From contig JAYEFL010000286.1 in NCBI GenBank assembly GCA_034658635.1, positions 1,773-65,772 of the forward strand: DNA of 64,000 nucleotides, written 5' to 3'. The notes under the pieces are model-generated. The model was not told where the DNA came from. It did not search any database and saw only the letters and a program-made list of their open reading frames with translations. Shown piece by piece: positions 58,757 to 64,000 of the stretch; the first letter of the stretch is position 1; every line of letters starts with the position of its first letter. The position numbers were made by a program, and so were the translations under genes. The stretch comes from Bacteroidota bacterium. GTDB lineage: Bacteria; Bacteroidota; Bacteroidia; Bacteroidales; UBA12481.

Positions 58757-60709
58757 ATGACGAGGTTAAAGTCAATATATGGCATGTTTACTGTCAGGGC
58801 TATATATTTGCTAACTATTGGTCTGATGCTATTTCTTCTGCTTTTTCTGAGTCTCAATGCCGGAATTTCCGGCGATGAACCAGTACACTATCAGCACTCA
58901 GAATATGTAAGCAATTATTTCTCTTCAGGAAAAACTGACCTGGCTGCAATTAATACACCTGATACCCATCTGAAATACTATGGTCAGGTTTTCGACAATA
59001 TTTCATATTCCTTAAACTCACTGCTAAACACTTCTTCGCCCTATACGGTGAGGCATATTATGAATGCTTTAACCGGATTTTTACTGATTCTCTTTTCAAG
59101 CCTCATTGCTGTGGCTCTGAGGGGATATAGAACCGGAATATTGACGGCATTGCTGCTATTTCTTTCTCCCAGAATCCTGGGACATTCCCTGAACAACCTC
59201 AAAGACATCCCATTTGCCCTGGGATATATTATGACTATTTGGGGACTGGTGAAAAGCATGCAACTTTTTCCAAAAATCAGACTTGCTCCAATGCTGGCAA
59301 TAGCTTTTGGATTTGGAATTGCATTTGGAACCAGGGCTGGAGGATTAATTCTGATTCCAATTGTTCTATTGTTTTCCTTCCTGAACTGGCTAAGTGTCAC
59401 CAAGCTAAAAGAGTGGACACTGTTTAACTCATGGAGGCCGGGTATTAAATTATTTGGAGCTCTTATGTTGGCTATTGTCGTCGGATATACTCTGGGAGTA
59501 CTATACTGGCCCTATGCACTTCTAGACCCCTTGAGAAATCCGCTTGAAGCCCTGAAAATGATGACTCACTACGAAGTCAGTATTAGGCAGGTTTTTAATG
59601 GCGAGTGGGTGTGGTCTGAAAAACTACCCTGGTATTATGGAGGTAAATGGATTCTAATTTCCAGTCCTGTCGCTATCCTGGCGGGATTTGTAATACATTT
59701 TATATTCGTCAAAGATACCTCAAAACAGATATCCTGGCCGGTCTTGAGCTTGCTATACTTCAGTTCTTTGTTTCCTTTGTTTTGGACAGTCATCAAAGAT
59801 TCAAATTTATATGGGGGATGGAGACATTTACTCTTTATTTATCCGGTGATCTGCATAGTATCGGGGCTTGGCTGGGTATGGCTTTACAAACGCTTTTCTT
59901 CAATTCTAGGGAAAATTTTTCTGACTGCTCTAATAATGGTCGGTCTGACCGGTCCGGCTATCCACATAATCAAAAATCATCCTGTTGAATATGTATATTT
60001 TAATAAATTGGCTGGTGGAATTACAAAAGCTAATGGCAAATATGAGACGGATTATTATTTCCACGGTGTAAAAAAAGCCGTTTCCTGGCTGGAAAACGAG
60101 TTGAATGCCAGGGCATGTTTTGATTCAGTAATCGTCGCATCCAATTTTCCAATTGGAGACTACTACCGCGATAATCCTCCTCCTTTCAGCAACATATACA
60201 TGAATTATTACATACGGGGAAAGTTCAATTGGGATTACGGGATTTTTTCCAGCACTTACATTGATCCGGCTCAGCTTAGAAACAACAACTGGCCTCCGGA
60301 AAATACTATATTTGAAGTTTGTGTTGACCAGGTACCCGTTTGTGTGGTGATTGAACGAAGAAACAAATACGATCTGGAAGGACTCAGTCAGTACAGGCAA
60401 AGTCGGTTTTCTGAAGCTGATAGTCTTTTTTCTTTAAGCCTGGAAACTGACCCTGACAATGAAACCGCCCTGTTGTATTTAGCCTGGACAAGAAAACACA
60501 TGGGCTTACTCAATTCATCTGACTCTCTTGCGGATATTATCCTCAGGCGTCATCCACTATCAGACAATGCCCTGGATCTGAAAGCGCGAAATGCAATTTC
60601 TGCCGGAAACTATAATCAGGCTGAAAAAATACTCAACCAGCTTTTGATTCAGAATTATAAATTTCCTCCAGCCCATAAACAGAAGGAAATTCTAGAGAAA
60701 AAAAAGTAA
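58757..60709 (+). CDS. GT-C fold membrane glycosyltransferase (ArnT/PMT-like) with C-terminal TPR repeats
   Basis: 650 aa with about 11 TM helices. The first periplasmic loop carries an acidic DE motif (ISGDEPVHY). The C-terminal ~120 aa form TPR-like helices (GLSQYRQSRFSEADSLFSLSLETDPDNETALLYLAW...). It starts 2 nt after the GT2 gene. Confidence 0.65.
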   Translation: MTRLKSIYGMFTVRAIYLLTIGLMLFLLLFLSLNAGISGDEPVHYQHSEYVSNYFSSGKTDLAAINTPDTHLKYYGQVFDNISYSLNSLLNTSSPYTVRHIMNALTGFLLILFSSLIAVALRGYRTGILTALLLFLSPRILGHSLNNLKDIPFALGYIMTIWGLVKSMQLFPKIRLAPMLAIAFGFGIAFGTRAGGLILIPIVLLFSFLNWLSVTKLKEWTLFNSWRPGIKLFGALMLAIVVGYTLGVLYWPYALLDPLRNPLEALKMMTHYEVSIRQVFNGEWVWSEKLPWYYGGKWILISSPVAILAGFVIHFIFVKDTSKQISWPVLSLLYFSSLFPLFWTVIKDSNLYGGWRHLLFIYPVICIVSGLGWVWLYKRFSSILGKIFLTALIMVGLTGPAIHIIKNHPVEYVYFNKLAGGITKANGKYETDYYFHGVKKAVSWLENELNARACFDSVIVASNFPIGDYYRDNPPPFSNIYMNYYIRGKFNWDYGIFSSTYIDPAQLRNNNWPPENTIFEVCVDQVPVCVVIERRNKYDLEGLSQYRQSRFSEADSLFSLSLETDPDNETALLYLAWTRKHMGLLNSSDSLADIILRRHPLSDNALDLKARNAISAGNYNQAEKILNQLLIQNYKFPPAHKQKEILEKKK

Positions 60710-60745
60710 TTTCACCAACAGATTTTTGAATTAAAAAAGTATTTA

Positions 60746-62311
60746 ATGGGTTTGCTCAGATGGATATCAAGGTCAGGGAGAAGAATTAAAAACTCCTGGA
60801 AATTCAAGGGAAATCATTTTCGTTTTGTTTTCTTTACCGGCCTTTTCACCGGAATTATTCTGCTACTATTTAGTTATCAGGCCCTTGAATACACCAGCAC
60901 TGATGCTTCATGCGAGGCTTGTCATGTGCACCCCCACTCTACAAGTAGTTGGAAATTATCTTCACATTATGGGAATACTTCAGGAGTCGTGGTGCACTGT
61001 GTTGATTGCCATTTACCACCTGAAGGAATCCGTCATTATACCGAAAAAGCAAGAACAGGTATCAAAGATATTTGGGGATACGTTTTTAAAGATATTTCTG
61101 AAATAGACTGGGAGGCTAAATCTACAATAGAACATGCCAACAAGTACACTTACAACGAATCATGCCAGCATTGTCATCAGAATCTGTTTCAATTAGATCT
61201 GAGTCAAAAAGGAATCAATGCCCATCGTGAGTTTGAGCAAGTTCCTGAGGGCAAAACCTGTGTTCAATGCCACCTTGATGTTGGGCATTATGACCCCGAC
61301 GCTATTCATGCAAAAAATCTCTCATTTGCAGATGAGGTGTATGAGTCTGAAAAAGAAGTGTATTCAAAACCAGCCATTGTTAATGAATTCAAAAATTTTA
61401 CTGAATTTATTCCTAAATCCTCTGTCTCATTCGAAATGACAGCTATACCTGAGGGATTTTTCTCCTTCGGTAGTCCGGATGATGAAAAACTGAGAAATCC
61501 GGATGAAGGACCCCAAAGGCGAATCAAAATCAGCAAATTTTTTATGGGGCAGGTTGAGGTTAGCTGGAGTGAGTATATGGCTTTCTTCTCTCAAACTGGG
61601 GCAGAAGGAAAATCTGAAACATCTACATCAGGAAAAAACGGTAAAACAGATGCCATAACCGGAGCAACTCCTCCCTGGGGGGCACCCGATCAGGGATGGG
61701 GAAAAGGCACACGTCCGGCAATCACCATGACCCACCATGCGGCAACAGTATATTGTCAGTGGTTAACGCAGATAACCGGCAAGAAATATCGACTTCCTAC
61801 AGAAGCAGAATGGGAATATGCTGCAAGGGCCGGATCAGAAGGACCATACTTTTTTGAAGGGAATGCAAAGGATTATACCAGCGATGGATTTTTCAAAAAG
61901 CTATTTGGGGCAGATACAAACGTGATTAACAGCTATGTGATATACCGAGAAAACTCTCCAAATAAAACTCAGGAGCCAATTGCATCGCTACCAAATGCAT
62001 TCGGACTAATAAACATGCTGGGGAATGTGTCAGAATTTTGCTCTGACTGGTATAGTGCTGAAATATTCAACAACTATCCAACAGGAAATAAGGTGGCAGT
62101 GAATCCAAAAGGCCCGGCTACCGGTGAAGAACACGTTATCAGAGGAGGCTCGTTCCTGAGCGATGCCCGGGATGTAAGAATCACTTCAAGAGATTTCACT
62201 CAGTATAGTAATTGGGTAGTGACAGATCCGCAAATTCCTAAGAGTATCTGGTGGTATTCAGACTCGAGGCATGTTGGGTTTAGGGTGGTTTGTGAATGGG
62301 ATGGAGAATGA
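60746..62311 (+). CDS. Fusion protein: membrane-anchored tetrahaem NapC/NirT-type cytochrome c (N-terminal) and FGE/SUMF1-fold domain (C-terminal)
   Basis: It has a TM helix (FVFFTGLFTGIILLLFSY) and four CxxCH motifs (CEACH, CVDCH, CQHCH, CVQCH). FGE-sulfatase-fold hallmarks follow: LPTEAEWEYAARAG, GNVSEFCSDWY, IRGGSF. Confidence 0.85.
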   Translation: MGLLRWISRSGRRIKNSWKFKGNHFRFVFFTGLFTGIILLLFSYQALEYTSTDASCEACHVHPHSTSSWKLSSHYGNTSGVVVHCVDCHLPPEGIRHYTEKARTGIKDIWGYVFKDISEIDWEAKSTIEHANKYTYNESCQHCHQNLFQLDLSQKGINAHREFEQVPEGKTCVQCHLDVGHYDPDAIHAKNLSFADEVYESEKEVYSKPAIVNEFKNFTEFIPKSSVSFEMTAIPEGFFSFGSPDDEKLRNPDEGPQRRIKISKFFMGQVEVSWSEYMAFFSQTGAEGKSETSTSGKNGKTDAITGATPPWGAPDQGWGKGTRPAITMTHHAATVYCQWLTQITGKKYRLPTEAEWEYAARAGSEGPYFFEGNAKDYTSDGFFKKLFGADTNVINSYVIYRENSPNKTQEPIASLPNAFGLINMLGNVSEFCSDWYSAEIFNNYPTGNKVAVNPKGPATGEEHVIRGGSFLSDARDVRITSRDFTQYSNWVVTDPQIPKSIWWYSDSRHVGFRVVCEWDGE

Positions 62312-62331
62312 GGGACTGGGAGAATGAAGAC

Positions 62332-62377
62332 TTAGGAAATAGAAATTAGAACTTAAGGCTAGGATTTAAGAGTAGGG
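62332..62377. repeat. Purine-rich intergenic repeat, copy B (partner at 1928-1974)
   Basis: ttaggaaatagaaattagaacttaaggctaggatttaagagtaggg shares the exact 15-mer tagaacttaaggcta and flanking similarity with 1928-1974. Confidence 0.7.
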
Positions 62378-62407
62378 TAAGAAAAAATACGAAATAATAT
62401 TATTGCT

Positions 62408-63760
62408 ATGGATAGGGAAAAATCAGTAAGTCGTCGGAAATTTTTAGGACAGGCAGGAGCTATTGGGGCTGTTGGTACCTTGGGCATTAGTTCGGTTTTA
62501 TCGGCTTGTTCATCAGATAAGAAGGGGAAAAACATTCCGGCTACGGATAAATTGGACCAGGCTCCCGATGGGAAGGTTTTGAAGGCGGGATTGGTTGGAT
62601 GTGGTAACCGTGGAACTGGTGCAGCATTTAATTTTCTGGATGCTGGTCCTAATCTTGAATTGATTGCTTTAGCTGATGTTTTTGATGATCAATTACAACT
62701 TTGCAGGCAAAAACTGAAAAAGCAAAAGAATGTTGATATTCCTGATAATAAGTGCTTCACAGGATTTGATGGCTTCAAAAGACTGCTGGAAACTGATATT
62801 GACATTATTCTTTTAGCTACCCCGCCCCACTTTCGTCCGGAGCATTTGGAAGCTGCCGTAAGAGCGAAAAAGCATGTATTCATGGAAAAACCAGCAGCAG
62901 TTGATCCGGTTGGTATACGTTCTATCATCGGTTCTGCCAAAAAGGCTGAAGCAATTGGCTTAAGTATTGTTGGAGGTACCCAGCGACGACATGAAAGAAA
63001 TTACCTTGAAACCTATCGTCAGGTTCAGATGGGAGGTATCGGAGAACCGGTTTCAGCAAATGCCTACTGGTTGCAAAACCACGTCTGGTACCGGAGTCGT
63101 CAGAAGGAATGGACCGACATGGAATATATGGTCAGAAACTGGAATAATTTCCGCTGGTTATGTGGTGATCACTTCCTCGATACTCATGTGCACAATATTG
63201 ATATCATCAACTGGTTCACAGGCAAACAACCCATTTCTGCAATTGGAGGAGGTGCCAGACACCGCCGCTTAACTGGTGATCAGTGGGATTTCTTCAGCGT
63301 AGATTTCTATTTTGGAGAGGGTTTGCATTCACACTCTATGTCAAGACAAATCGATAATTGCGCCAATGCAACAGCCGAACACCTGATGGGGACAGAAGGC
63401 TATACGAACTGTAAGGATACCATATTTTATCCCGATGGAACCATTAAGTGGCAGTATGAATACCCAATAGATGCAAACGGAAATCCAACCAAAACAGTAA
63501 AGGTTTCTCCATACGTTCAGGAGCACATTGACCTGGTGGCATCTATCCGTAATCATGAGCCAATTAACGAAGCAGAACAGCTTGCCCTTTCAACCCTTAC
63601 AGCAATTATGGGTCGTGAAGCTGCCTATACCGGCAAGTTGATAACCTGGGAGCAAATCAATAAGTCTACCATGAGAATGGGACCAACTGAGTATCTTATG
63701 GGCCCGGTTGATATGAAAATTGAAACTCCTGTTCCGGGTACTCCACACGGCGGAGCATAA
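62408..63760 (+). CDS. Gfo/Idh/MocA family oxidoreductase, Tat-exported
   Basis: It has a Tat signal with a lipobox-like end (SRRKFLGQAGAIGAVGTLGISSVLSAC), the Rossmann loop GLVGCGNRG, and VFMEKPAA. Confidence 0.9.
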   Translation: MDREKSVSRRKFLGQAGAIGAVGTLGISSVLSACSSDKKGKNIPATDKLDQAPDGKVLKAGLVGCGNRGTGAAFNFLDAGPNLELIALADVFDDQLQLCRQKLKKQKNVDIPDNKCFTGFDGFKRLLETDIDIILLATPPHFRPEHLEAAVRAKKHVFMEKPAAVDPVGIRSIIGSAKKAEAIGLSIVGGTQRRHERNYLETYRQVQMGGIGEPVSANAYWLQNHVWYRSRQKEWTDMEYMVRNWNNFRWLCGDHFLDTHVHNIDIINWFTGKQPISAIGGGARHRRLTGDQWDFFSVDFYFGEGLHSHSMSRQIDNCANATAEHLMGTEGYTNCKDTIFYPDGTIKWQYEYPIDANGNPTKTVKVSPYVQEHIDLVASIRNHEPINEAEQLALSTLTAIMGREAAYTGKLITWEQINKSTMRMGPTEYLMGPVDMKIETPVPGTPHGGA

Positions 63761-63865
63761 ACAATTTATATTTGGCAATCATAAAAATTGTTAAAAGGTA
63801 TTGGCTTTCGTTTTAGTTCCGTAATTTTATTTTTCTGAATTTAATTGGAACTAAATCCTTTATCT

Positions 63866-64000
63866 ATGAAAAAGTTATCTCTCTTTTTCCTGGCTGTATT
63901 TTCTTTTACTCTGATTTTTGGCCAAAAAGCCGATTTTAGAGCTGCCGAAAAATACACCTCATCTAATCTGAAAAAAGCGATAGGCAGCACCTCTGTCAGG
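63866..64000 (+). CDS. Secreted protein, N-terminal fragment (continues beyond the window)
   Basis: ATG 63866 gives the signal peptide MKKLSLFFLAVFSFTLIFGQ. The frame stays open to the window end. Function cannot be determined from 45 aa. Confidence 0.4.
   Translation, partial: MKKLSLFFLAVFSFTLIFGQKADFRAAEKYTSSNLKKAIGSTSVR

Noticed and set aside
60746-62311. I considered calling the C-terminal domain a genuine formylglycine-generating (sulfatase-maturating) enzyme.
   Set aside because: The paired catalytic cysteines that follow the RGGS motif in true FGEs are absent (IRGGSFLSDARDVRITSRDF), and there is no sulfatase gene in the window. I therefore describe it only as FGE-fold.

Overview
The window is a chromosomal segment that looks like Bacteroidota, possibly a marine Marinilabiliales or Bacteroidales-type organism. 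Evidence for that placement: a T9SS C-terminal sorting domain, a TonB-dependent receptor with an N-terminal carboxypeptidase-regulatory-like domain, a split ATP synthase locus (atpDC apart from atpBEFHAG), ECF sigma/anti-sigma pairs, and AT-rich DNA without obvious Shine-Dalgarno sites. It is gene-dense, with about 62 CDS. I saw no rRNA or tRNA genes, no CRISPR array, and no transposase, integrase or phage genes. In order, the content is: (1) a phosphate and polyphosphate themed block (NPP phosphodiesterase, TonB receptor, VTC/DUF4956/DUF2490, PiT and NptA transporters); (2) both ATP synthase operons, with an unknown 185-aa gene wedged between atpH and atpA; (3) yceD-rpmF-plsX-fabH; (4) a selenium operon (NifS-like::SelD fusion, AIM24/TIGR00266, SelU); (5) an ECF sigma module; (6) a TetR/LolA-like/FtsX-FtsX-ABC/OM-barrel exporter cluster next to an apparently truncated e(P4) phosphatase gene; (7) a large cluster of Tat-exported Gfo/Idh/MocA oxidoreductases, ThuA, DUF1080 and TIM-barrel enzymes, interpreted as periplasmic 3-keto-sugar chemistry; and (8) a three-gene unit of GT2, a GT-C/TPR glycosyltransferase, and a membrane-anchored tetrahaem NapC/NirT cytochrome fused to an FGE-fold domain. 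The best candidates for undescribed biology are the cytochrome::FGE-fold operon, the ATP-synthase-embedded ORF, and the AIM24 gene inside the selenium operon. Several short intergenic repeats and hairpins are also reported. All assignments rest on motif recognition by eye; no database search was run.
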